A stretch of DNA of 64,000 nucleotides from Candidatus Dojkabacteria bacterium. GTDB taxonomy: Bacteria > Patescibacteriota > Dojkabacteria > SC72. Under the pieces are notes generated by a model. That model was not told the DNA's origin, did no database searches, and was given only the letters and a program-made list of their open reading frames with translations. Shown piece after piece: positions 38,283-47,717 of the stretch; the stretch's first letter is position 1; each line of letters begins with the position of its first letter. Where the stretch lies: contig JACPFP010000003.1 in assembly GCA_016182915.1 (NCBI GenBank), positions 8,806 to 72,805 on the forward strand, in the 5' to 3' direction. Made by a program: the position numbers and the translations under genes.

Positions 38283-39068
38283 ATGCAAAAGAGGTTTTCA
38301 GGTACAAACAGTTCATGGAATAGAGTGCATAAGTGGTACTCAAAGAAGGTTGGGGATGGAGGCCATTACTTTCACGAGCATGTTATTCTTCCGAATGTTA
38401 AGAGAATACTCAATACGGATAATCAGAGTAAAATTTTGGATATTGCTTGTGGAGATGGAGTACTTTCAAGATATATGGATCAGTACAGTGGTTATCTTGG
38501 ATTTGATATTGCAGAAGGTTTGATTAGCGAAGCAAAGAGAAAGAACTCAAAAGAGAATACTGAGTTTGTGGTTCAAAATGCAGGTACTCTGTTTACCCCC
38601 GACTCTTCCGACTATACTCATGCCACTGTAATACTTGCTCTTCAGAACATTGAATCATATAGGAATGTTTTTATTAACGCTTTTAATCATCTTGGAGAGA
38701 GCGGGATGCTTGTTCTTGTCATAAATCACCCATACTTTAGAATTCCAAAGAGTACCTCATGGGAGGTTGATCCTTCTACCCGATTTCAGTATAGAAGGGT
38801 CTCTAGATATCTTTCTCCTCATAAAATAAGGATAGACATGAATCCTGGAAGTACTTTCTCAAAGGAATTCACATATTCATACCATGTACCATTATCAAAT
38901 TATATAGAAGCGTTGAATGAGGTAGGTTTTGTAACCCTTAATATTGAAGAGTGGGTTTCAGATAAGGTGAGTGTTGGTGCAGCTGCTGTGCAAGAGAATT
39001 TTGCTCGTAATGAATTTCCACTCTTTATGTGCATCGTATGTAGAAAGCTTCCTATGAAGAGTTCCTAA
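38283..39068 (+). CDS. Class I SAM-dependent methyltransferase
   Basis: ILDIACGDG, INHP.FR. Confidence 0.9.
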   Translation: MQKRFSGTNSSWNRVHKWYSKKVGDGGHYFHEHVILPNVKRILNTDNQSKILDIACGDGVLSRYMDQYSGYLGFDIAEGLISEAKRKNSKENTEFVVQNAGTLFTPDSSDYTHATVILALQNIESYRNVFINAFNHLGESGMLVLVINHPYFRIPKSTSWEVDPSTRFQYRRVSRYLSPHKIRIDMNPGSTFSKEFTYSYHVPLSNYIEALNEVGFVTLNIEEWVSDKVSVGAAAVQENFARNEFPLFMCIVCRKLPMKSS

Positions 39069-39788
39069 CTAGAGAAGGTACGTTATTAATACTCCAAGTC
39101 CAAATACGAGCAAGTGGGATATTGACTTTATAATCCTCTTTTCCTCTTTTAACTCAGGGATTAGATCAGATGAAGCAATATATATGAATCCGCCTGCGGC
39201 TACAGCTGTAAGGTATAGTAGGGTTCCTTCTAGGATATTGAAAAGGTAGAATCCTACAATTCCTCCAAGGATCATAGTCATTGAAACAATCAGATTTGAT
39301 TTTATAGCTTCCCATTTACTCCATCCTGCGTGAAGAAGTACACCGAAATCTCCTATTTCCTGGGGAAGCTCATGTAGGGCTACTGCAAAGGAAGCAAGAA
39401 TACCCAGCTTAACATCAACTGCGAAGGTTGCAGCTAAAAGAACTCCGTCAATGAAGTTGTGAATTCCATCTCCTATGAGGTTCATGTATCCAATACTGGT
39501 CACTTTATCGTCATCTGAGTGTGAATGGTGCCAGTGGATACTCTTTTCAACAATAAAGAATAATCCGAAGGCTAGAAGAATTATAAGGAGGAGATTCTCT
39601 AGCGGTAGAGTCTCAGAAAGTTCGGGTATGAGATGAAGGTAAGCGGTTCCCATCATTGTTCCTGCAGAAAGAGCTACGAAATAGTGTGTAGCTGCTTTGA
39701 GGAGTTTCTCCTTGAAGGCGAGAAATAGCACCGCTACCAGTGAAATGGAGCTGATTAGTACAGTAGAGAGTAGTATATATTGAAGCAT
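39069..39788 (-). CDS. ZIP family metal transporter
   Basis: HNFIDG, HELPQEIGD, His-rich loop. Confidence 0.94.
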   Translation of the reverse strand: MLQYILLSTVLISSISLVAVLFLAFKEKLLKAATHYFVALSAGTMMGTAYLHLIPELSETLPLENLLLIILLAFGLFFIVEKSIHWHHSHSDDDKVTSIGYMNLIGDGIHNFIDGVLLAATFAVDVKLGILASFAVALHELPQEIGDFGVLLHAGWSKWEAIKSNLIVSMTMILGGIVGFYLFNILEGTLLYLTAVAAGGFIYIASSDLIPELKEEKRIIKSISHLLVFGLGVLITYLL

Positions 39789-39836
39789 ACTTAAATTTGT
39801 CTAGGTTATTCTTTTATATTATCACACCTGTCAATA

Positions 39837-41243
39837 CTAGATAAGGGTTTTACCCACTGTTATAAACATTCTCTCTAGAATTTTAAACATCGAGAAGGTG
39901 TCTAATTCACAATATTCTAATAGTTGGTCTTTTATTTGATTCTTTTCTTTTAATGTTACTGTATTTGAAATTAGAGTTTTCCAGTTTCGCATTGCAGATG
40001 TCCCATTTGAGATAGGCAGTTCTTTGTAATCAAGGCTTGGAACGATTACTGGGAGAACATTCTTTAGGCTCCAACTCCCTTTAAATCTATAATCAACGTA
40101 TATCTGTTTATTAAAAATATCTGCAAGATCAACTATTCTTTTATTTAACCCAAGTAGGTACTCTTTGAACTCGGGGTATATCCTTGCCATTTCACTGTTA
40201 CATCCCTGTTCGAATATTTTATTCCATACTAGGATTGTTCCTTCTTCTCCTATATATGATTTTAGTTCGTGTACAACCTCTTTCATAGGATCTTCCTTTG
40301 AAGTCGAAATAAATTCATAGTGCTCTAGGGCGATCCTTTCACTGGTGAGTTTATGTAGTGAAAATTGGAACACTACATTTTGGTAGGTAGTATGTCTATC
40401 ATACAGTGGAATTGCCCAAGAGTATGCTTCGTAATCTAGGAAGTATAGCGGGAAAGTGAGATCTTTAATAAAGGATTGGAGTCTCTCATAGTCAATTAGT
40501 GGTTTCAAGGTTTTTGTAGAGATTAACTGATATCTCTGTTTTCCGCTTAAGCTAAAACCGTCAGGTATATCGTTTAGGTCCAATATTCCAAGTGATCTTA
40601 GGTCTCCAAGTTTGCTTTCATTTACGTTTGCAAGGTTATAGATTGAATATTGCGGGAGAGCTGGAAAGCATAGATGCGGGCATGGGCATTCTTTTGGCTT
40701 ATGGCACGGTTCTATAGTTGAGATATTATCCTCAAGAATTGTTTGTTTAGCTTTTTCTATGAGTTCGGTTGTTTCAGTAAGTTTCTGAACAATTAGCGAG
40801 GTTACATCCCTTACTTTGTATGCTTTATGAAGGTCTAGTTCCCCTTCTCTTACATAATCCTTATTTACATGAATTACATAGAGATTTGTGATCTCTATTG
40901 TTTGGGAGGCTATATAGTATTGAAAAATAATGTCATACTCATGCACCTGCTTAACATCTGTTGTACTTTTAATCTCATACAAACTATAACCTGGTCTATC
41001 GAGGTTTTTAATAAGGATATCTGTTCTACATTCAAGGTCATTATATTCAAATGTTCTCTGGTATTCATATTCACTTGAAATATAGTTTTTTACGTATTGT
41101 AAGGCATATTTTTCTGCGTCAATCCCCTGCTCTTTGATGTGTTCAATGAAATCGTTGTTGTTTTCAGTATATTCATTATGTTTCTTCGCCCAAAGATGTA
41201 GAGGTGCATTTAGAAAAAGCTTGAATTCTGTTTTATTAAGCAT
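39837..41243 (-). CDS. DUF2779 protein (PD-(D/E)xK nuclease-like + DEDD/RNase H-like domains)
   Basis: RTDIL..YEIKS..DIIFQYY, C-x4-C-x5-C cluster, LDYE..FQFSLH..WN..FE..SLKNVLP..YCELD. Confidence 0.85.
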   Translation of the reverse strand: MLNKTEFKLFLNAPLHLWAKKHNEYTENNNDFIEHIKEQGIDAEKYALQYVKNYISSEYEYQRTFEYNDLECRTDILIKNLDRPGYSLYEIKSTTDVKQVHEYDIIFQYYIASQTIEITNLYVIHVNKDYVREGELDLHKAYKVRDVTSLIVQKLTETTELIEKAKQTILEDNISTIEPCHKPKECPCPHLCFPALPQYSIYNLANVNESKLGDLRSLGILDLNDIPDGFSLSGKQRYQLISTKTLKPLIDYERLQSFIKDLTFPLYFLDYEAYSWAIPLYDRHTTYQNVVFQFSLHKLTSERIALEHYEFISTSKEDPMKEVVHELKSYIGEEGTILVWNKIFEQGCNSEMARIYPEFKEYLLGLNKRIVDLADIFNKQIYVDYRFKGSWSLKNVLPVIVPSLDYKELPISNGTSAMRNWKTLISNTVTLKEKNQIKDQLLEYCELDTFSMFKILERMFITVGKTLI

Positions 41244-41287
41244 ATTGAGGTTATATCCCTAGTTAATGTTTTTTCTCTGCTACTCTC

Positions 41288-42256
41288 TTAATTACTTTCT
41301 TTTAGGTAGTATTCTAGGATTGGAGGGAGAAGTTGCTTTTTTCTAGAAAGGACTCCTGGTAGGTACATTCTGTTGCCATTTTCAAGCTTACTGTTGAATA
41401 TCTTCTCTAGGTCATTTACTTTATCGCCATCAACAAGAAGTATACAATCATTTCTAATTAGGTCAGTCAGCATAACAATCCTAATATTCATAGGATTTTG
41501 GGAGTTTGCCTTCTTTAGAGCAGATATTATTTCCTTCTCTTTGGAACCAAATTTCTGATTATCCATTGTTTCTACCTGTGTAATTGAGAACTTTACTCCC
41601 CCGCTTTCAAACTCTTTAAAGTCGGCATTTATAATCTCCGCGGCCTTCATCTTCAACCATACATCTTTATTGTCAAAAAGCTCCCTTGCAAAGGAAGATA
41701 TATCTGAAATACCTGCTATTGCGGAAAGTTCGCCTGCAACTGATCTGTCAACGTAGGTGGTTATAGGAGAACGAAGAGCTAGGGTATCGTCCAGGATTGC
41801 AGAAAGCATTAATCCTGCTACATTTGGCTGTATCTTTACATTAGATCTAATGAGCTTTTGTCCTATTAAGGTTGTTGAAGATCCATAAGGTCTAATTGTT
41901 ATTTTAGGAGGTATGGTAGTTTCAAGTTTGAGGTTGTGGTGGTCAACAACTTCGATTATTTCCGCTTTTTCCCAACCGTCTGCTCTCTGTACAGGGTCAG
42001 TATGGTCTACTAATACAACCTTTCTTCCAGAAATGTCTCTCATTAGCATTGGGACCTCAAGTTTAAAGTGTGCAAAGGCCCACTTTGTTAAAGGATTTAT
42101 ATCATCGCATCTAATTGCTGTGTAGTTGAAATCTCCTCTTGCGTGTCTGTATATCTGGTATGAATAAGCCGAAACGACGGCGTCAAGATCAGGCTTTTTA
42201 TGACCTACAATGTAGATTGTATCTCCAATTAAAATGTTATCCAGATTGATATCCAT
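41288..42256 (-). CDS. ppaC: Manganese-dependent inorganic pyrophosphatase
   Basis: GHKKPDLD, LVDH, VDHH, DFKEF, SRKKQ. Confidence 0.93.
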   Translation of the reverse strand: MDINLDNILIGDTIYIVGHKKPDLDAVVSAYSYQIYRHARGDFNYTAIRCDDINPLTKWAFAHFKLEVPMLMRDISGRKVVLVDHTDPVQRADGWEKAEIIEVVDHHNLKLETTIPPKITIRPYGSSTTLIGQKLIRSNVKIQPNVAGLMLSAILDDTLALRSPITTYVDRSVAGELSAIAGISDISSFARELFDNKDVWLKMKAAEIINADFKEFESGGVKFSITQVETMDNQKFGSKEKEIISALKKANSQNPMNIRIVMLTDLIRNDCILLVDGDKVNDLEKIFNSKLENGNRMYLPGVLSRKKQLLPPILEYYLKESN

Positions 42257-42276
42257 AGTGAGGAGATGATACTACA

Positions 42277-42807
42277 TTAAACTTTTCTAGACAAGAAACC
42301 TCTAATGTTGTAGGCCCATTTATATGAGGTACCTTTCGCTAAATAGTGTATCCAAACTTCATTTATGATTTTGAATATTACTATACCCAAAATTACGGAG
42401 AAGGAAGTAGAGTCAATGTTAAGAGCGAATTTCTCGCTTAAAAGGTATACAATTGCAAGATATTCGGCAATATTAGGGAAAATTATGAATATGAATCTCT
42501 GTTTGAATTTTGTGTAAATAATATGCCCTATTGTTCTCCATATTAGAAAGATAATATAGTGAGTAAATATTGGGGTATTAAGGAGAGGGGGGATCATAAA
42601 AAGGTATTGTATATAGTCTAGCGGTTTATCCAGCACATGGTAGAGTCTCTGTGGGATATTTCCCCAGCTCAATATATGCCAATCGAGCATATCCAGTACT
42701 ATAGAGAGGAGAATACCCTCCAGGGGAAAGTAGAGGATTACGATATATCCAATAACTCTTATGAATATTACAAACTGAACATATTTATTTCCAAGTAGTG
42801 ATTTCAC
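42277..42807 (-). CDS. Membrane protein, CDP-alcohol phosphotransferase-like
   Basis: DxxD...DxxxD (LDMLD, LDKPLD) in a hydrophobic protein. Confidence 0.45.
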   Translation of the reverse strand: MKSLLGNKYVQFVIFIRVIGYIVILYFPLEGILLSIVLDMLDWHILSWGNIPQRLYHVLDKPLDYIQYLFMIPPLLNTPIFTHYIIFLIWRTIGHIIYTKFKQRFIFIIFPNIAEYLAIVYLLSEKFALNIDSTSFSVILGIVIFKIINEVWIHYLAKGTSYKWAYNIRGFLSRKV

Positions 42808-42811
42808 TTGT

Positions 42812-43447
42812 TTATGGACGTTCTAATATTTTTATAACTTTACCATTTATTAAGCTATTACTGTACTGGTCGAGGTATATAGGCTGATGGATTGGATTAT
42901 CTGATTCAGGGTAAAGAATAATCATATCTTCATCTTTTTTGTATGATTTTACCGTCGCTGAATTATCAAGAACAGCTACAACAGTGTCTCCATTATAAAT
43001 TTCCGCCTCTTTTGAAACAATTATATAGCTTCCGTCCTTCATCTGTTTTCCATCTATGATCTTTCTGTTCATAGAATCACCACTAACAATTAGAGCGAAT
43101 AGGTCTGATTTATGGGTAAGGAGGGTCTTGTCCACATGTAGCAGGCCTAATCTGTCCTCTTCTGCGATTGCCAATGGCTTTCCTGCGTTAGCAAATCCAA
43201 GAATCGGTATACCAATCATATATTGATACTCCTCCTCTTCTACAAGCCTAATACCTCTAGGTTCACTTGTCCTCAATATATACCCCTTCTTCTCTAAAGC
43301 CTCTAAATGGTTTACAACGCCCCTTTTCGTATTTATCCTTAATAGTTGCTGTAGTTCAGACAGTGAAGGAGCATTACCCTGCTCCAGAAAAAAATCTCTG
43401 ATGGTTGTGAGTACCTTTACCTGCTTTTCCGTCAAATATTGATTCAT
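42812..43447 (-). CDS. lexA: LexA repressor
   Basis: N-terminal wHTH (APSLSEL, HLEALEKKGYI), AG cleavage site, GDSM, ATVK. Confidence 0.94.
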   Translation of the reverse strand: MNQYLTEKQVKVLTTIRDFFLEQGNAPSLSELQQLLRINTKRGVVNHLEALEKKGYILRTSEPRGIRLVEEEEYQYMIGIPILGFANAGKPLAIAEEDRLGLLHVDKTLLTHKSDLFALIVSGDSMNRKIIDGKQMKDGSYIIVSKEAEIYNGDTVVAVLDNSATVKSYKKDEDMIILYPESDNPIHQPIYLDQYSNSLINGKVIKILERP

Positions 43448-43469
43448 ATTTTTACGAATAATATCTTAT

Positions 43470-43484
43470 GTATACATGGTATAC
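43470..43484. promoter_or_regulatory. Candidate LexA operator GTATAC-N3-GTATAC
   Basis: Palindrome about 22 nt upstream of the lexA start. Confidence 0.45.
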
Positions 43485-43590
43485 CTTTCCTAAAGCTCTT
43501 GCAATACCTTGTAGTATATTTTAAGAGTACTTGAATCTTATTCTCGTCTAAACTATACTTTACAGATTTAATATTATATTTTTATTTATC

Positions 43591-43989
43591 ATGGCTGAAG
43601 TAAAAGCAAAAGAGGCGGTAAGGCAGGTCTCATTGAGCGATATAAAGTTCAATAAAGACAATGCTCTTATGGCAGCACTTTCATGCATCCCAGTTGTAGG
43701 AGCAGTAGTGTTTTTCATAGAGAAGAAGGATTACTTTGTTAGATATTATGCAGCTCAATTTGGTCTTCTCTTTGTTGTAGGTCTAGGACTTGCAGCTGTT
43801 GTAGCAGTTTTAGGGATGATTCCTGTAATAAATGTTCTTGTAGGAATTGTAGGTCTTTGCCTAACTCCAGTTGTTGGATTAGGAAGTCTTGTTTTGGTAA
43901 TTGTAGGTGCAATGAAAGCTTACAAGGGAGAGAGATTTGATATCCCTGTTCTTTCTAAGTATGCATTACAGATGATGAATAAATTCTAA
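43591..43989 (+). CDS. DUF4870-family membrane protein
   Basis: EKKDYFVRYYA.Q, KAYKGE.F.IP. Confidence 0.8.
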   Translation: MAEVKAKEAVRQVSLSDIKFNKDNALMAALSCIPVVGAVVFFIEKKDYFVRYYAAQFGLLFVVGLGLAAVVAVLGMIPVINVLVGIVGLCLTPVVGLGSLVLVIVGAMKAYKGERFDIPVLSKYALQMMNKF

Positions 43990-44014
43990 TATAGAATTAT
44001 TCAGTAGATTTCAA

Positions 44015-44045
44015 GAAGGGAGGTATACCCTCCCTTTTTGTTTTT
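44015..44045 (+). terminator. Rho-independent terminator
   Basis: AAGGGAGG-TATAC-CCTCCCTT followed by a T-rich tract. Confidence 0.85.
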
Positions 44046-44074
44046 CAATAATCTATGTGTTAAAATAGGCGCAT

Positions 44075-44151
44075 CGGGGAGTAGTTCAGATGGCTAGAAC
44101 GCTGCGTTTGGGACGCAGAGGCCGCAGGTTCAAGTCCTGTCTCCCCGACCA
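44075..44151 (+). tRNA. tRNA-Pro(TGG)
   Basis: CGGGGAG/CTCCCCG acceptor stem, CTGCG-TTTGGGA-CGCAG anticodon arm, GGTTCAAGTCC, encoded CCA. Confidence 0.97.
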
Positions 44152-44178
44152 CTCATTAAGTTTATTCCCAATTAATAT

Positions 44179-44574
44179 ATGAATAAACCTACTCTCTATA
44201 CTTTGATTATTATTTCTCTTGTTGCCTTAGTCACCATTTTCCTACTTCTATCTAATAAACCTAGCGATTCCAATAAAAACTTAGGCTCAGACAATGATAC
44301 ACAGGAGACTCTTTTTGGTAACGTAATTATTACAATTAAGAATCAGAGATATTCTCGAGAGTCAATTAAGGTTGTATTAGGCACTACAGTAAAATGGACA
44401 AATAACGATGAAATGCAGCACAACATTGTGAGTGATTCAGGAAATGAGCTAGGAAGCGAGTTGTTAAGTCAGGAGGAATCATATGAGCATACTTTTAACA
44501 CGGTTGGAACTTTTGACTATCACTGTACTCCTCATCCTTTCATGCAAGGAACAGTTGTGGTTGTAGCTGAATAA
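44179..44574 (+). CDS. Membrane-anchored cupredoxin (plastocyanin/amicyanin family)
   Basis: HN..YHCTPHPFM type 1 copper ligands. Confidence 0.92.
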   Translation: MNKPTLYTLIIISLVALVTIFLLLSNKPSDSNKNLGSDNDTQETLFGNVIITIKNQRYSRESIKVVLGTTVKWTNNDEMQHNIVSDSGNELGSELLSQEESYEHTFNTVGTFDYHCTPHPFMQGTVVVVAE

Positions 44575-45258
44575 CTATTTTTTAGAAGTTATTATACTTT
44601 CAAGCTGGGAAACCTCTTCACATATATATGTTGGGTGGTTTTTCTTTAGTATTTTCTTTCCAGAATACCCCCAAGTTACTGATGTAACATCAATTCCGGC
44701 TTTTCTGGAGGCATCTATGTCCCGAATTTCATCCCCGATATACATAGTCTCTTCTTTTTTCATCTTGTACTTTGACAATAAACTTTTCAATTTGGTGTGT
44801 TTACCAAATAATTTTGTACCTCCCGATATATGAACAAAAAGGTCTTCCTTACCCACTTTTTCAAGTAGCAGCCTTAGCGTCTTTTCACCGTTGGATGAAA
44901 GAAGATATACCTTATAACCTTCCTTCTTCAACTTCTCTATAACATCTAATACACCATCGTAGAAAGGAAGCTCTTTAAGAACGACCTCTTTTGGGTTAGA
45001 TGAAATAAACTTATACTCTTCATCCTGAACCTGTTTAACTATGTAGAAGAATGAAAGTAGATTCAGTTTAAACCTACTCTTTATCTCTCTAAAGGATATA
45101 TTCTTAAACTCATCAATTAGTTCTCCTCTCTCCCTATTCTTAAGGCTCTCAAACTTTCTTCCAAATTTCTTGGCAGTTAAATCAAGGAAGGTTTTTAGAG
45201 CAAAGTCGCTGGAGTCATTAATTGTTCCATCGAAGTCAAATATTATATGTTTATACAT
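44575..45258 (-). CDS. HAD-family hydrolase (phosphoglycolate phosphatase-like)
   Basis: FDFDGT, LSSN, YIGDEIRD, VTWG. Confidence 0.92.
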   Translation of the reverse strand: MYKHIIFDFDGTINDSSDFALKTFLDLTAKKFGRKFESLKNRERGELIDEFKNISFREIKSRFKLNLLSFFYIVKQVQDEEYKFISSNPKEVVLKELPFYDGVLDVIEKLKKEGYKVYLLSSNGEKTLRLLLEKVGKEDLFVHISGGTKLFGKHTKLKSLLSKYKMKKEETMYIGDEIRDIDASRKAGIDVTSVTWGYSGKKILKKNHPTYICEEVSQLESIITSKK

Positions 45259-45658
45259 TTTTTATATTTGTAATATATTGAGCTATAAGGATGGAGAAAC
45301 CACTCAAGAAAGATCCCCAGAGAATATCAGGTAGTATTAAACTTTTACTCCATGAAGCAAGTATTGCATAGTTGGTTAAACTGAAGGTTGCATATGCGGT
45401 TAAACCAATTAGAAATGCTATTACAAACTTCTTCCATAACGGTAGTGCTGGAGATATAGATATTACAATTGTTAGTACAGCAACATGAATAAGGTAGAAG
45501 AGAAGTGTTGGGAGAGTTCTAGGGTCAGTTATAAGTATGTCTGAGATATATTTGTTATACAGCCTATTTGCAACAAATTGTATCCATACTATATCAAGAA
45601 AGAAGAATACAGGTAGGGAAATGAGGTAGTTGTAGAGTGTCTTAAGCATGTTATTCAT
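45251..45658 (-). CDS. DUF2177 family membrane protein
   Basis: LD.VW, YATF.LTN.A...W, D..WG; start uncertain (45649-45697). Confidence 0.82.
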   Translation of the reverse strand: MNNMLKTLYNYLISLPVFFFLDIVWIQFVANRLYNKYISDILITDPRTLPTLLFYLIHVAVLTIVISISPALPLWKKFVIAFLIGLTAYATFSLTNYAILASWSKSLILPDILWGSFLSGFSILIAQYITNIKNV

Positions 45659-45815
45659 GGTTATGTTATTTCTCATTATATGATAAAGAGGGAGCATTTC
45701 ATAATGAAAGATAGATAAATATAAAAAAGTAACTATTTCCTATACCTACCTACTTTTCAAGTATATGGATTTGGCTGTATAATGACTATAGGATTGTTCG
45801 GAAAGGAAGGAAATA

Positions 45816-46283
45816 ATGAATTACGGAAAGTATTTAACGTATAAGGTATGGGGGATTAGAATTAAGATTGACGACATTCTGGGGGCGGTGGTCTTTTACA
45901 TTGCAATACGCTCACTTCTAAGTGAAGCGTGGGGAGGAGTTTTTCTCTTTGCCGCACTGGGTTTAGCATTAGCTATTCCTGAGGACGACGGTCCTCGACA
46001 GTGGATGGAGGCCGTTTCGGCTTTCGGAATTATCTACTGTACGGTGTTACTTGCGGACCTCCCTATTCCCCTGATGCCATTTGGTATCGGTTTGGAAGGG
46101 TCATCTTTCAAGGTCATCCGCGGAGTTGCACTTACGCTTGGCTGGACCGCCCTTATAGCCAATCTATTGGAGATCCTTCCCGTGCTGGGAAAAGCCCTTT
46201 GGGAGCTCTTTCGAAAGCCAGCAGAAGGTGCCGATGAACGACGTAAGAAGGCTCTTGAAAAGAGACTTAACTCGCTGGAATAA
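45816..46283 (+). CDS. Hypothetical membrane protein (about 4 TM)
   Basis: Own TATAAT promoter (45778-45783), AAAGGAAGG SD-like site, visibly higher GC than its neighbours. Confidence 0.75.
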   Translation: MNYGKYLTYKVWGIRIKIDDILGAVVFYIAIRSLLSEAWGGVFLFAALGLALAIPEDDGPRQWMEAVSAFGIIYCTVLLADLPIPLMPFGIGLEGSSFKVIRGVALTLGWTALIANLLEILPVLGKALWELFRKPAEGADERRKKALEKRLNSLE

Positions 46284-46310
46284 GCAGTTGAACAATCCTA
46301 GTTACTGCCC

Positions 46311-46360
46311 AAGGGGGAGTTATACAAATCCAACGCTTTCATGCGTGTATGACTCCCCTT
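46311..46360. terminator. Long hairpin between convergent genes
   Basis: GGGGAGTTATACA / TGTATGACTCCCC stem. Confidence 0.6.
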
Positions 46361-46368
46361 CGGAACCC

Positions 46369-46653
46369 TTAGTCTATCCTTTCTATAACATACTCCATGA
46401 AGTTACCATACTGACTATCTAGTGCCTCATAATACTCTCTTCCATCCTTATAATCCCTATCAAGTATGTTTAAATCTACTAACTTCTCACATATGTACCT
46501 CACCTTACTCTCTGTACTTTCCGTTATAGCCACCAATCCTTCAACCGTTACCTCTTCTTCTGTCTCAAATAGATGGTCTAGTATGAGTAGTGCGTATGGA
46601 TCAGATACGACTTCAAATATCCTCGCATATTTTGTTGCCTGTGCGTATGTCAT
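46369..46653 (-). CDS. Winged-helix (ArsR-like) protein
   Basis: IF..VSDPY.L.IL..L, HTH, Y.Y wing. Confidence 0.65.
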   Translation of the reverse strand: MTYAQATKYARIFEVVSDPYALLILDHLFETEEEVTVEGLVAITESTESKVRYICEKLVDLNILDRDYKDGREYYEALDSQYGNFMEYVIERID

Positions 46654-46737
46654 AAACTAAATTATTTTTAATTTATATACTTAAATAATACCACAGCCCT
46701 TGCAATCATAAAGCCTTTGTATATATTATCTAACTAT

Positions 46738-47061
46738 ATGAATATTAACCAGGCGAAGATATCTAAGTATTTTAGAGTCCTCTCAAACCCTACCCGTTTA
46801 GCTATCTTTCTTAATATTTTAGATACTTCATGCGAAGGTTGTATGGAGAAAGATGAGGTATCGGACAACTGTGTTTCTAAAATTTCTAAGTGTTTGGATA
46901 TACCTCAGCCAACCGTCTCCAATCATGTTAAAGAACTTGTAGACTTCGGACTCGTAGAATCAAAGAGGAAAGGAAAAAATATATACCTCTTCCCCTCTCC
47001 TCTTTTCAGTGATAATATTCAAGAATTCAGTGGGTACGTAACAGGAAAAGTATCTAATTAA
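46738..47061 (+). CDS. ArsR/SmtB-family transcription factor
   Basis: FRVLSNPTRL, QPTVSNHVKEL, GLV..KRKG; CxxC insert. Confidence 0.92.
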   Translation: MNINQAKISKYFRVLSNPTRLAIFLNILDTSCEGCMEKDEVSDNCVSKISKCLDIPQPTVSNHVKELVDFGLVESKRKGKNIYLFPSPLFSDNIQEFSGYVTGKVSN

Positions 47062-47079
47062 ATTTAGTATTTGTATACT

Positions 47080-47676
47080 ATGCAAGGAGTTAGATATACT
47101 CTTTCACCCCTTACCTATGATTATGATGCTCTCCAGCCCGTTATTTCTAAAGAAATTATGAAATTACATCACGATAAGCACCATCAGGCATATGTAAATG
47201 GAGCAAATGCTGCACTTGAACTTCTTGAAAAAGGGCGTACAGGAGTCGTAATTGTGAACCTTAAGTCTGTAATGAGGGATCTAAGCTTCAACTTAAATGG
47301 CCACCTTCTTCATGAGATTTTCTGGAAGAATATGAGGAAGTATCAGGATAAAAATGAAATGCCGGAGAAGTTAGCTGAATTACTGATTAAAAATTTTGGC
47401 TCCGTTGATGCCTTTAAGAAGGAATTTGTAGAGGCAGGAAAGGCGGTAGAAGCATCTGGCTGGGTAATGCTGGTTAAAGATAGTGAGGGAAATCTAATGG
47501 TGACTCAGGTACAAAATCATAATCTCCTTGGAGTTACAGGTTTTAAACCGGTTCTTGTAAACGATGTATGGGAACATGCATACTATCTGGATTATACGAA
47601 TGATAGAGGTGCATATTTGGAGAAGTGGTGGAATGTAGTTAATTGGGATGATGTAATGGAAAGGATAAATACATAA
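47080..47676 (+). CDS. sod: Fe/Mn superoxide dismutase
   Basis: LHHDKHH, GHLLH.IFW, DVWEHAYY. Confidence 0.97.
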   Translation: MQGVRYTLSPLTYDYDALQPVISKEIMKLHHDKHHQAYVNGANAALELLEKGRTGVVIVNLKSVMRDLSFNLNGHLLHEIFWKNMRKYQDKNEMPEKLAELLIKNFGSVDAFKKEFVEAGKAVEASGWVMLVKDSEGNLMVTQVQNHNLLGVTGFKPVLVNDVWEHAYYLDYTNDRGAYLEKWWNVVNWDDVMERINT

Positions 47677-47687
47677 GGTCATGCTAT

Positions 47688-47714
47688 AATTAGAAGTTAA
47701 TCCAACTTCTAATT
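47688..47714. promoter_or_regulatory. Perfect 11-bp inverted repeat overlapping a TGCTATAAT promoter
   Basis: AATTAGAAGTT-AATCC-AACTTCTAATT. Confidence 0.5.
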
Positions 47715-47717
47715 CCT

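Noticed and set aside
46265-46360. Integron attC site after the GC-richer gene
   Set aside because: The RYYYAAC and GTTRRRY matches are too close together and do not enclose the hairpin; no intI in the window
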